A stretch of 64,000 nucleotides of DNA. Source: Mizuhopecten yessoensis (Eukaryota). A model generated the notes under the pieces. The model did no database searches. It was not told the origin of the DNA and was given only the letters and a program-made list of their open reading frames with translations. Of the stretch, positions 12,952-25,049 are shown in pieces. The position numbers and the translations under genes were made by a program. How positions within the stretch are numbered: position 1 is the first letter of the stretch; the number at the start of each line of letters is the position of its first letter. Where the stretch lies: positions 147,539-211,538 of the forward strand of contig NW_018404728.1 in the NCBI RefSeq assembly GCF_002113885.1, read 5' to 3'.

Positions 12952-13901
12952 TTATTTTGACGTTACCACAAGACAACATTACCGCCTTAACCTGATGGCC
13001 ACATACGATATCTCACACACAGCAAACGCATGGCACAGAGTTAGATGCGAGAACTTATTAATGTGTATATTCTATATCTTTGAAAAGCTTAAATGCAAGG
13101 ACTTATAAGCATCTAAGCGTTTTTGTGATAGAGATTGTCGAAAATACCGTAATTAGGACAATAAATTAAAAAAACCTTCAGATAACGCACCAAAGAAAAC
13201 TAATGATGCATTAAAAAATCAGTAATGAATAAAGATAAGGGAAGTTGGAAAGCGAAATATTTCACACGTCAGAACCACTGGTATGGTATGAAATCCTTCG
13301 CTTAGAGGCCGCCCGGGTGTAGAACAGCTTACAATTACCCAATAGACATCTATATGTCAGTAAATAATCTTAAAGTTACATCTGCTCCTCGTTTTATTCT
13401 TATGCATGTAGTGCTTACTTTTGTCTTTGTTTGGTACATTATTGTATGTGGGACTTTTTGGACTTTTTGGACATATTCCATATGTACTTTAGTAATTATT
13501 ATTTAAATAGTTATTTAAGTTCTTTGTTGTTTAGTTTATGCTACATATTAGCATGTATTCTGTCAAATTCCTTTTCCACCCAGAAACTATTCTTATTATA
13601 ATATGTATATGCTACATGCTATTTATGTTAATTTGTATAGTGCTTTTTTATTCTGCTGTCTATGATGCTTACCGCGTTATACATTTATTTATTGTTGTAT
13701 ACATGTCATTGTTATCGGCGTAAACATAGCTCTACTTAGGCGTACACAAGACGCCAAATAATAATTCTTCGATATTGTGAGTGAAAGTGATGGTGCGCCA
13801 ACATCATAAATATATATGAACCACCAGAATATAAACAAACCTGAAGAGCCCTGTGAAGGGTGAAGCAGCTAGTTTTTTTAGTCGGTCGTTAATCTTATTT
13901 T

Positions 13902-13904
<3 letters not shown>

Positions 13905-13944
<40 letters not shown>
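13905..13944. repeat. (TA)n microsatellite
   Basis: Perfect TA run of ~20 units. Confidence 0.95.
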
Positions 13945-13948
<4 letters not shown>

Positions 13949-14908
13949 TTTGTTAATCTAGTGTGCATGGTCTATATCTTGTGCATACTGTATATCGCCC
14001 TTGAACCTCAACTATAAGACTCCACTAACTGGGATTGTGGCCCTCCTGTGAAAATGGGGTAGAACTAATGAAAATATTTAATAATAATAATAAAAAATGT
14101 ATGATATATATAGATAAACTAGAGGCCAAATGAGTATGTGTATCGCTCATATGTATCGCTCACCGTTTCACTGTGCGTGTATCCATTTCACATCTGACTT
14201 TCAAAGCGGTGCAAGGTCATTTTTAAATACCTGTAAACTGAAAATATTGTTTCTCTATACATTGCGGATCTTTCCAATAGTTGGAATATCTTACTTTTCC
14301 TACTCACGCGATATTCGAGGTTGATTTAGATCATCAAGTTGTTCAATCTATCACTGTGTAGCCCTAGCTTAATTCACATCACCAAGTCCAAAATGGGCGG
14401 CACAGACGAAAAACACTCGATCATATGCATCATGCAGATAAATTGGGCTCACGTTTGATAACGTCTGCATCGTTCAGTTGGTAAATAGGACATATCTTAA
14501 TTTTGTCATCAGCACAAGCGTGTATATGTTTACTAACCGGTAACATGCTTTAAGCTATACTAAGATATGCTATGTACATGTGTACAGTCATTCTGATGTG
14601 TAAGTCATTACTTTCCTGACCGATATAAAATGAGAAAAATATTTACTAATCAATGCATAGATTATATTACTAGTCCTACATCTCATACCTTTTAAACCTT
14701 AAAATCAAAACCATTTTTTGAACATATCATTGCTTCTACATTTCTTCCTCCTTCCACAGGTGTGTCTCCCGTTTTAGCCGGGGAAGATCAGCATGTGACG
14801 TCATCAAAAGTAAATGACGATTTTCATACCCCACGTGTAGTTTTGTTTACAAACAGAAGTCTACTACTGTCGGTGGAGTGATATATTAGGATGGAAGAAA
14901 AATAATCA

Positions 14909-15006
14909 TCCCCTACCTTGAGGGTGTAACAGAGCCTCGGGTTAGACAACCAAAGAATATCACCCTTCGGGTTGGAGATTTCTCTGTCACACCCTCAAGG
15001 TAGGGG
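14909..15006. mobile_element. Palindromic MITE-like remnant
   Basis: CCCCTACCTTGAGGGTGTAACAGAG is inverted to CTCTGTCACACCCTCAAGGTAGGGG. Confidence 0.55.
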
Positions 15007-18000
15007 GAGATTCTATCACTCTGTCCTACAATAAGGTTACAAGTGCCACACCGAGGTGTATTTCATTTTGATACCCAAGGGTTCAGGCAATTACTTCTAA
15101 CTTAGATCTAGTTAGAATACGTTTAAGATTTTAAGGTTGCATTTTGCTGTTTATAAAACACAACGACCCTGCACTTTATACCATCGGCTCACCTTTATTT
15201 TAAGCAGTTTCGTCCTTCTAGGACTTATCATTGATTTAAGGGACCAATAAGCAGAAACCCTAATTGGTCTGAACTACTGTTGAAACAGAAATGGTGATGC
15301 ATAAAAAAACCTTTTCATAAATTTCAAAAAGTTGAGGATCACTGGTTAATTTAAAGTTAATAGCGAGTAGAGCGTGTATGTTATGAACAGTGCCACTACT
15401 CAACAGATATCACTATGGCTATTAAGGTTACGGCAAACCTCGGGGAGCAAGAAATCCACCATCAGATCTAGAGTCTACCATCTTGTTCGGCAATATCAAC
15501 AGTTTATTACATACATCACAAGTACAAATAAGGGACCGTCATAGGTACACGTAGTTCATAGGGGCCGATACGAAACATACGTCATTATCTGCCGAACTAC
15601 ATCTTAAACACGTTTTATGTATGGACACTAGTTTGTTGTGACGGCTTATGGGTGACTTCTTCTGCACAATAACCATATATTTAGAAAGCACTAGCGGAAC
15701 CGATAATGTGAATTTGGAGGCCAAACCCTGACATTTTCTTTCATTGTCTGGGGCAATAAAATGTTTCAAATATTAAAAATGAGTGATGACAAAGTTAGCT
15801 AAAAATTCCAGTCACTCATAATTACCTTGCGTTTTATAAAACTACATCTCCCGAGTAAGTTTACGGACTTCGGTAGTAATATGAAAAGGAAAAGAATTTT
15901 AAAACTTAATCTTAGATGAGTCAGTGAATATCATAATGGGGGAATTTGTAAGAAAATCGATGTCATGGTTGAATTAACTTGAGGCAAGGAACCACAAATA
16001 GCGTAATGAGGATGGCAGTTAATAAATTGCCGATACGGTCGATTTACTCCAGTGCCTCGTTTCCATCAATCCCACAAATCATGAAAATTTTAAATGTAGA
16101 TATTTTCTAACATTGTGTGATCTAGCTATCTACTTCACAAGAGCGCTTTTGCTTCTAGAGTAGCATTTTTGAAAGATCATTTTATTATGTTCATGTATTT
16201 TTTTTATTTTTTTTTATTTGTATGTTATAAGTTTACGTCCAGAGAGAAACAAGTAAGGATTCTTTCCCAGATACTTCATGTCCGTATACTTGAGTAAGCA
16301 CAGCAGAATATTATACGCTTTATAATGTCATTTCAATACGATTTTAAGAGACGACTCTCCGTTTCAGTGATGATGTATGCACATGTAAGCAGCCATGCAT
16401 GACAACATGAGTGGCCGGCCAGGAGTGTGTTACCTACCCCGACCAAGTCAGAGAAGAACTAACAGGCAAGACCATCCTGATTATCGGTTCCAGTAGAGGT
16501 GACCAACGATTCATATGGATTATTTTCTCAGTCGCAAAGATCAAGATAAGTTACAATGCTTAACGTGTTAAAAAATACAATGTTGTCTGTTCTAACGTGT
16601 CTACTTCAGTGAATATGAGGCAACATGAAAATCTGACGTGTGAATTAGACTGTCTGGTTGCAAGCCCATACGTTTGTAACGTGATGCCCCGTTTTATATC
16701 ACCAACAAGCCGATGTAACCATAGTTTCTGGACACTGTAGCCGATGGATATGTTGTGTCAGCTTAAAGCGGATGTATGCGGAAACATTTAGATATTTCTT
16801 TTCTTTTCAGGAATCAGGAATTATTTGTTAAACTATTGTCATGCCCACAAGATCAGTTCCCAATGTATAGTTCCTAGTTAAGTCTACTCTTCACGTATGC
16901 TGCTCATACCTTAAAGATATATCCCACCAATATGTGGAGCTTCTCAGGACTGAATGTAAATCTGTATGAAGGTGAATAATTTTGCCACAACCTTGCTCGT
17001 GTCAGCGAGGCGTCATTAGGGGCACGCGCTTCCTAACTTGAAATGCATTGTAAAACTAAGATTACAAGATCGATTTATCCAAAATTAGTTTAATGATATA
17101 GCAACATTTTCAAGAGAACTCATCTATTCGATTTTTAAACATATTTTGAACTTGAAAAATACTTTATTAAACTGAAGCCAAAAGACAGAAAAAATATCAT
17201 TAAGTTTAGAACTTAAAATCAGTTTATGTATCAATAGAAACTGGAAGATGGGTCGGCTTATCCCGAGAAAATAGAACTTGTGTTGAGTTCAACTATTTGT
17301 TTAAGTGCGATCATGTATCAGTTAAGCTAAGTAGAACATTCTATATACCAAAATATTATCATACATTCCCAAGCGTTATAAAAATGCAAGAGTTAACTGC
17401 TACTTGCAATGTACCAGTACTTTCAAATGTTAGTTAATTCTTAGAAAGGCTAGAAATACTGTTGAAGATATAAATAAATGATTTGTGATCTGTGAATGTT
17501 GTGTTGTCCGCCATGTACAATGAATGATATACATACATGACCTTTTGTATAACATACTTTGTATGTCTAAGACCAAACCTTAGATAATCACTTAACTGAA
17601 CTGAGCTGTTCATAGGACGCTTAACAAAATAAAGCGAAATTAAACTTCACCAAAATATAGGAAGGATAAGAAATAAAGTATGATTGGATAAAAAGTTTAA
17701 CAGCGGATTTATTGATATGAGTATTCAATGAAATTCAATTCCTGTTGCACAAACTGTCACTATACTAAAGATTGGAACAAGATATCTAGTATGTCAATGT
17801 GACGTCACGTAAGTTTGGGGATTCGATCTATAAACCGTAAATATGTTTCAAAATTATAGACACAAACAGGAAATTCATCACTTATATATCATTATTTAAT
17901 TTAACAGTATTGTGTGGCCTATACTAAACTACACGAGTTATAACCTGATTACACAAGAAATACTGACGTCAACATGGTAGCAAATTACGACAAAGCATTA

Positions 18001-18061
18001 TATGCACCGGTTAGATAAATTGCAAACCATTAGAAATATTGAGCATAATTATATATATATA

Positions 18062-18240
18062 TGTAACAGAAGTCATTATTTGTTCAATACCTCTGCTAGG
18101 AGTCGAACCCGGGACATCTGGTTTACTAGTCTTACGCTCTACCGAATGAGCTAAAGAGAAATTCTCCCTAGCCGAGTCGGTAGAAAGCGGCTAGTATATT
18201 GCCAGGGTGACATACTCCCCCTCCTGGAAAGAACACTTCC
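18062..18240 (-). mobile_element. Short LTR (~151 bp, 18062-18212) with adjacent polypurine tract and an embedded tRNA-Thr(AGT)-like sequence; TRIM-like remnant
   Basis: Minus strand reads PPT AGGAGGGGGAGTA, then TGTCAC...GTTACA (TG..CA inverted ends). Internal TAGCTCATTCGGTAGAGCG (A box), ACT-AGT-AA loop and GGTTCGACTCC (B box) at 18090-18159. Confidence 0.65.
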
Positions 18241-18781
18241 CAAGTTTTCCAGAGGTCATAGCGATTCCTTTGTAGGTATCGCTGAGTATTTGTCTTGTCT
18301 TGTCTTGTCTTATAATAACACCGTCTTGAAGTTTCCAAACCGTATCCTAATCTCAATTTGTATTTTACAGGTCATTCTGATTTGGCATGGGACTTAAAAT
18401 CAAGGAGCACGCCAAGTTGAGACATTTATCGGGGACAATTATTCCACAGACATATCGGATATCAATAAACACGCAAGCAACATAATCGAACTTCTTGGAG
18501 ATCGAGTGAAAGATATCGATGGATGTTTGACCTATATGAGCAACTTGATCTCGGATAATTTCATCCAGACGCTACCAAAGCAGCTTGGAGCAACCACAAA
18601 ACCTACAAAGCTCTGAGATCAAAAGCAAGCAATACTTTATTCAAGACAGAAAAATATTCGCCATTTTCCTATTGCATCCAAAACGGAGATGGTATCAAAG
18701 AGGCCAAGCAGATAATTTACCCTGCAATTCTCAAGCCGGAACACAACGCAGGCTCCTGGGGGTGGGGGTTGGGGTGGAGGG

Positions 18782-18967
18782 NNNNNNNNNNNNNNNNNNN
18801 NNNNNNNNNNNNNNNNNNNNNNNNNNNNNNNNNNNNNNNNNNNNNNNNNNNNNNNNNNNNNNNNNNNNNNNNNNNNNNNNNNNNNNNNNNNNNNNNNNNN
18901 NNNNNNNNNNNNNNNNNNNNNNNNNNNNNNNNNNNNNNNNNNNNNNNNNNNNNNNNNNNNNNNNNNN
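18782..18967. other. Assembly gap flanked by G-rich runs
   Basis: 186 N; GGGGGTGGGGGTTGGGGTGGAGGG on the left and GTGGAGGGGGGAGGGGGG on the right. Confidence 0.99.
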
Positions 18968-20009
18968 GTGGAGGGGGGAGGGGGGTGAAGGTGATTGCCT
19001 GCTGCAGTACATTCGGATACAGAAACATTTAAAACATCTCGCGTTGGAGAAAAGTTTGGAAAGTCAATGGTCCTTATGGAACTTCTCGACGGTCTCTCCT
19101 ATGAAGTTGACGTGGTGATTTCCGATGGCGAGCTCTTGGCGTGGTTTACGGCTGACATTGGTCTCTAGCTTCCCAACAGGTTTGTCCGCACTATCATATG
19201 TATACCGTCAAGTTTATCAACAGAACTTAGACACCAACTGACGGCAGCCGCGCATCACCGCTGCTGTAAACTGGGTTTACTAAATGGAGTTTTAACACGG
19301 AGTTCAAGATGACAGAAACCGGTCCAAAACTCATGGAAATCAATGGAAGAGTAGGCAGTTTTCGTAGGTGTATCGTCTACGAGACAACACATGGCGTCAA
19401 CTTATGGGAGACCACAGCCGCCATAGGTTGTGGAATCAAGCCTTGTGTTCCAGACCTCACCATCATATGCTTTGCTGTTGGAGTCTTTCTTTTCAATAGG
19501 TTTCAAGGAAAACAGTTTCTGAAAGAAGGCGTTAATTTAGAGCTGAATGGTTTGGCTGAAGCAAAAGACATACTCCTGGTTATGAAATCCGCGATAGTAG
19601 ACGTGCAGTGTTGGGATGAAGAATTCCTCAGACCTTTTTGTCATTTGGTTGCACTCAACAAAACAAGTATAGAGTGTGCGAGATAAAAGCTGATACAGTT
19701 TTCCCAAGACCTCGGCTTTACTGGGACAGAGTATGATATTGAACGATTCACAAGTATGTGGGCATAATGTTATAATTCTTAAATATTTACCTAACTAGTT
19801 CATAATCATATTTACAAACTGATTGTCCATGAATACTACCCCGATGTATTCTATGCATTAACAACTTGTCAGAAAAGACTACATTTAAAATAATAAATTC
19901 ATGGTTTTGGGTAATTACTTTACACAGTGTGTTAATGTGTTGAAAATGCTACTACTGGAGACAATATAAAGATGAACAAACACAGACGCACATATGTGAT
20001 TGCATCTGT

Positions 20010-20125
20010 AGGCACGGTAGTCTAGTGGTAGGACGCCGGGATCGTGACCGAAGGGTTGCGGGTTCGAGTCACGGCGCGGCACTGTGTTGTATCTTTGAGC
20101 AAGATACTTTACTCCGCTCATAGTG
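20010..20125 (+). mobile_element. CORE-type tRNA-derived SINE, 5' portion
   Basis: A box GGTAGTCTAGTGG, B box GGTTCGAGTC, then CORE-like GTGTTGTATCTTTGAGCAAGATACTTTAC. Runs directly into the 32-bp array. Confidence 0.7.
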
Positions 20126-20503
20126 TTGTTTAAATCTAACGAGGCCAAGTCATAGTGTTGTTTAAATCTAACGAGGCCAAGTCAAAGTGTTGTTTAAATC
20201 TTACGAGGCCAAGTCATAGTGTTGTTTAAATCTAACGAGGCCAAGTCATAGTGTTGTTTTAATCTAACGAGGCCAACTCATAGTGTTGTTTAAATCTAAC
20301 GAGGACAAGTCATAGTGTTGTTTAAATCTAACGAGGCCAACTCATAGTGTTGTTTAAATCTAACGAGGCCAAGTCATAATGTTGTTTAAATCTAACTAAC
20401 GAGGCCAGGTCATAGTGTTGTTTAAATCTAACGAGGCCAAGTCATAGTGTTGTTTAAATCTAACGAGGCCAACTCATAGTGCTGTTTAAATCTAACGAGG
20501 CCA
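20119..20503. repeat. 32-bp minisatellite, ~12 copies
   Basis: Unit CATAGTGTTGTTTAAATCTAACGAGGCCAAGT. Confidence 0.95.
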
Positions 20504-20529
20504 TGGTTTTCTATAGAGATCGTAGTTAC

Positions 20530-21184
20530 TCTGTAGACGCCGAGGACATGATGCAAGACTGTCGTCGTGACCAGGGCCAGGTTGTAACACACTTCTCTGT
20601 AGACGCCGAGGACATGATGCAAGACTGTCGTCGTGACCAGGGCTAGGTTGTAACACACTTCTCTGTAGACGCCGAGGACATGATGCAGGACTGTCGCCAT
20701 GACCAGGGCCCGGTTGTAACACACCTCTTTGTAGACGCCGAGGACATGATGCAGGACTGTCGCCATGACCAGGGCCCGGTTGTAACACACCTCTTTGTAG
20801 ACGCCGAGGACATGATGCAGGACTGTCGCCATGACCAGGGCCCGGTTGTAACACACCTCTTTGTAGACGCCGAGGACATGATGCAGGACTGTCGTCATGA
20901 ACAGGGCCCGGTTGTAACACACCTCTCTGTAGACACCGATGACGTGATGCAGGACTGTCGTCATGACCAGGGCCCGGTTGTACCACACCTCTCTGTAGAC
21001 GCCGAGGACATGATGCAGGACTGTCGCCATGACCAGGGCCCGGTTGTAACACACCTCTTTGTAGACGCCGAGGACATGATGCAGGACTGTCGTCATGACC
21101 AGGGCCGGGTTGTAACACACCTCTCTGTAGACACCGATGACATGATGCAGGACTGTCGTCATGACCAGGGCCCGGTTGTAACAA
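20530..21184. repeat. 66-bp GC-richer minisatellite, ~10 copies
   Basis: Unit CTGTAGACGCCGAGGACATGATGCAGGACTGTCGTCATGACCAGGGCCCGGTTGTAACACACCTCT. Confidence 0.95.
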
Positions 21185-23915
21185 ACCTGATTACTTTAAG
21201 AATCACTACACCACTGCCAAAAAGAAGTATTGGAAAAGTATCACGTCATGACTATAGCTTTGATAAATCATTTCTGAAAAGAGTACCATACTTTGAGGAA
21301 CCTTTTTGAAAAATAATAAAGATGAAATAAAAAAAATTAATCAACAACATTGATCTGAGTTTTAAAAAAATCAGTGGGGCTAGATCGGGATTCGAATGTT
21401 GAATGAAGTTGTAGCAAATCTGTCGAAGAATGTGTATGTTTTTCTGTCCTCGTTATAAAATTGAAATGTCATCTGTTTACTTTGGATGTTGTTATTGGCA
21501 CATGTTTACTACTCATAGAAAATGAAAATCTGTCGGTAGAATCCAACAAAACATTTGTTTTCAATGTGCAATGTTACATTAAATCCAGTGAAAGGTTTAG
21601 GTTCAATTTTATCACTGATATTTTGTTGTACTGTTATTTGTAACAGCCTTTCTGTTCCTACATGTTATGTTTTGTTCTTATATACTGTAGGGGTTATCTC
21701 ATAATCTGAAATAAATGATTATATTAACTAATAAATCCTATTCATTAAAAGATGTATTTAACTCAATTACAATGACAAATGCATATAGGATATATGTATA
21801 TAATTAATATTAAAGCACCAAAGAACCTATCATTTCTGTGTGACGTACAAAATGATGAGATATTGAAGTTTAACACGATGCTTTGCCGAGTGCTAAACTT
21901 CAAAAATCTTATCCCGGGTGTTGCGACTTCTCTGTCAATAATATCACAGATAAATGGTTGGTTATTTCCCCACATTTTCCTACCGTAAAAGATATGTTAT
22001 AAAGGCAAACCCAGTGCATCGCGCCATTATCAACGGCGCCTGAAATATGTAACAGAATTGATGATGGTATGCTGATAACGCTGCATGCAGCAACGACTCA
22101 ATGGTCACGTTTTCAGCATAATTGCGCTTGTCGCACTTGCGTTGTCTTTCCCTAGGTAGGTAAAGACAGGCTTATTATTTCCCAAGCAAATAGGGAATGG
22201 ACGTATGAAGTGTGGGTGATATATCTCTAACATTTCTGCCATTCAAAGAAATTTTGATTCTTTGATATATATGTATGACAGTTCAAGATGTTTCGATATC
22301 ATTTAAAGATATCTCTAATGTATTTAAAGGTATCTATATTGCATTTACTATCCCCCTTTAATGTATTTCATGTTCATTTCATTGGGAGCACTGACAAGAT
22401 TTACCAAATACAGTGTTAACGTCAAAACGTCACGTGACTTACTACGTACGTCAGTTCTAGTGTAAATAGCCGGTTAGTGCATATTTATGAATATCAGACA
22501 TTGCAATCCAGTCGTGAAACAAATGTAAGATATTAAGAATCATGGAAATAAACATTTATCTAAAAAGAATATTTTGGTGTTATATAACGCCAAAGAGCAA
22601 CATAAACTTGCATGCGTAGCCTTTAAAGTGGCAATATTTTTTCCATCTCGCCCCGAATGTGATATGAGGTGAATAATGCTTCTCCTCTTACCCTCAAAGT
22701 GGCGAATGCATATTTGTTTTCCTTGCATAAAATATACGGAAGAGTATAGGGACAACACTAACAATGATGAAGCTTCCTCGTTATAACAAAGATACAAATC
22801 GTTTTCGTGACCTAACCGGTATTTCGATATAGTTTTGCCGTTGTTACAGCATGGTATGTTGTCTCGGTGACCTGTACACACTCTCTTAAAAAGTAGTATT
22901 TTGTCCGTAAAAAGGCGCACAATAAAGAACACAGATGGTGTTAAAAAATATTTTTCAATCCCAACACTGGTATCTCAGATAAAACCTTACTTGTAGCTTA
23001 CTATTCTTTGAGTTGGTTTTGTAATTTGAAAACAAAATTCACATTCACAATTCTAAAGCAAACTTTATTGGTATTAGAACCAACCAGTAACACATGTCAA
23101 ACACTATAGGAATACTTGTAAGGGACATCATTGAAACTTAAAACCTTTTTTCATTCTTTCCATAATTTGAACAATTAAATTGAATTTTGACTGATTGTGA
23201 CAATAATAACTAATCATGTCATTTTGCAACATCAACTATGAATCAAACGTCTGCTGTAGTATACACATACAAATACATATAGGACTTAAAAAAATCTATT
23301 ATATGTCTTATCTTATTATACAGTTATTCATAAATTATGAACAAATTTCAATAAAAATAAATAAAAAATAAAATTAAAAAAAATGAAAAATAATTATGAA
23401 CAAATTTTCCAAATCGGCTTAATACATTTTCATATAGGTTTTCTTTTATTTCGTAATTTCAGTCATTTTTTTTAAGTCAAACGCTTTGCTGAGCTATGTC
23501 ACCGAGTTTGGTGTACCATTAACTGGATAGTTTTTGAGCAAAGTTTACATGAAACATTAGTTTTGTATGTTTCCTTTAAATTAATGCTGGAAAGAAAGAA
23601 AAATGTTCTGATTAAGAGACTGATACGTAAGTCCATTTTAAAACAGCAAACATTTGTTGAAATTAAATAACAGTAACATACTGAAACGTACTGCCTACTG
23701 AACATCTTATTAACAGTATACTAAGTACGTTATCTGAATGTAATACATATAATAGAGCCAGTTTTTTTTACTGATTAGAGTGCTATTTTGAAATCCTGCA
23801 ATGATAAGTATCAACACTATAATTATATCTACGGGCTATAGATAGTAAAACAGTCTAATTCATAAAAATAAATTCGGTGAATGTTGACGTAAACATCATA
23901 TAAGGGTTATTCAGC

Positions 23916-25049
23916 TTATCCTTTTCTGTTGTTTTTCCTTTCTGCCTTTGCTCCATCTTTCTCTGCTTTTGCTTCTGCCTTTGTTGCATCTTTCTCTGCT
24001 TTTGCTTCTGCCTTTGCTCCATCTTTCTCTTCTTTTGCTTCTGCCTTTGCTCCATCTTTCTCTGCTTTTGCTTCTGCCTTTGCTCCATCTTTCTCTTCTT
24101 TTGCTTCTGCCTTTGCTCCATCTTTCTCTGCTTTTGCTTCTGCCTTTGCTCCATCTTTCTCTTCTTTTGCTTCTGCCTTTGCTCCATCTTTCTCTGCTTT
24201 TGCTTCTGCCTTTGCTCCATCTTTCTCTTCTTTTGCTTCTGCCTTTGCTCCATCTTTCTCTGCTTTTGCTTCTGCCTTTGCTCCATCTTTCTCTTCTTTT
24301 GCTTCTGCCTTTGCTCCATCTTTCTCTGCTTTTGCTTCTGCCTTTGCTCCATCTTTCTCTTCTTTTGCTTCTGCTTTTGCTGCATCTTTCTCTGCTTTTT
24401 TATCTGCCTTTGCTGCATCTTTCTCTGCCTCTTCCACTGTCTGTTCCTCCGTTTCTGCCGCATCTTTTAATTCCTCTGTAGCCTCTTCCTCAGTCTCTGT
24501 TGCATCTTGAAATGCCTCTGCTCTCTCCCCCCCTGCCTGTTCCTCTGCCTCTTCCTTTGCCTCTTTCTCTGCCTCTTCCTCTATCTTTGCTTTCTCACCC
24601 TCTATCTCCTGTGTTGCATCTGCTGCTTCTTTTACTGCTTCTGCTGTTGGCTGTGGCCGTACTGCTGACTCTGATCCTGTTTTGCTGTTTTCCGTTTCAG
24701 CTGCCGGTGATGCTGCTCCATTCTCTGTATTTGGTTCTGGCTCCGGCTTTGGTGCTGTCTCTGCCTCAGACTGTTTCTCTGCCTCGTCCTCTGCTTCTTC
24801 CTTTATCTTTCCTTTATCTACTGCTCCATCTTGTGTTGCCTCTGTCTCTGGCCATGCTGCCGGTGCTGCTTCGACTTTATCAGTTTGTTTCTCTTTGTCT
24901 GGTTTTTGTTCCGTCTCTTCCTTTTCCACTGTCGCTGCCTCTGTCACTGTCTCTGTTTTTTCCTCCGCCTGGCGTCTTTCTCTACTCGGTCTTCCGTACG
25001 TCGACACGATTAGACACGTGCAAACGATGGCGACAAGGATTAAACGCAT
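23916..25049 (-). CDS. Predicted secreted 377-aa Glu/Lys/Ala-rich protein with 15 tandem 11-residue repeats; single coding exon
   Basis: Signal peptide MRLILVAIVCTCLIVSTYG, furin-type RERR, acidic low-complexity region, then [A/E]EKDGAKAEAK x15. Acceptor ttttacag|GTATCAAC-ATG at 25057. Confidence 0.85.
   Translation of the reverse strand: MRLILVAIVCTCLIVSTYGRPSRERRQAEEKTETVTEAATVEKEETEQKPDKEKQTDKVEAAPAAWPETEATQDGAVDKGKIKEEAEDEAEKQSEAETAPKPEPEPNTENGAASPAAETENSKTGSESAVRPQPTAEAVKEAADATQEIEGEKAKIEEEAEKEAKEEAEEQAGGERAEAFQDATETEEEATEELKDAAETEEQTVEEAEKDAAKADKKAEKDAAKAEAKEEKDGAKAEAKAEKDGAKAEAKEEKDGAKAEAKAEKDGAKAEAKEEKDGAKAEAKAEKDGAKAEAKEEKDGAKAEAKAEKDGAKAEAKEEKDGAKAEAKAEKDGAKAEAKEEKDGAKAEAKAEKDATKAEAKAEKDGAKAERKNNRKG

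Larger units (their letters stand above)
16368..19767 (+). pseudogene. CARNS1: Carnosine synthase 1-like (ATP-grasp ligase) unprocessed pseudogene; exon remnants 16368-16545 and 18371-19767
   Basis: Fragments LTGKTILIIGSSRGDQRFIW, IDGCLTY, YPAILKPEHNAGSWG, SMVLMELLDGLSYEVDVVISDG, CCKLGLLNGVF/NTEFKMTETGPKLMEINGRVG match the C-terminal ATP-grasp domain of CARNS1. In-frame stops at 16408, 18395, 19166 and 19684; several frameshifts; donor mutated to AAG|ataagt (16546). Confidence 0.85.

Noticed and set aside
19309-19686. 125-aa ORF as a standalone gene
   Set aside because: Only an inter-lesion fragment of the CARNS1-like pseudogene.
20010-20085. tRNA gene candidates (also ~4400-4470, 18090-18159, ~46991-47040)
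   Set aside because: Imperfect stems and direct continuation into SINE cores or LTR sequence; these are tRNA-derived TE parts, not tRNA genes.
20428-21309. ORFs of 209-244 aa on both strands
   Set aside because: Products of the 66-bp tandem unit; no gene context or recognisable domain.
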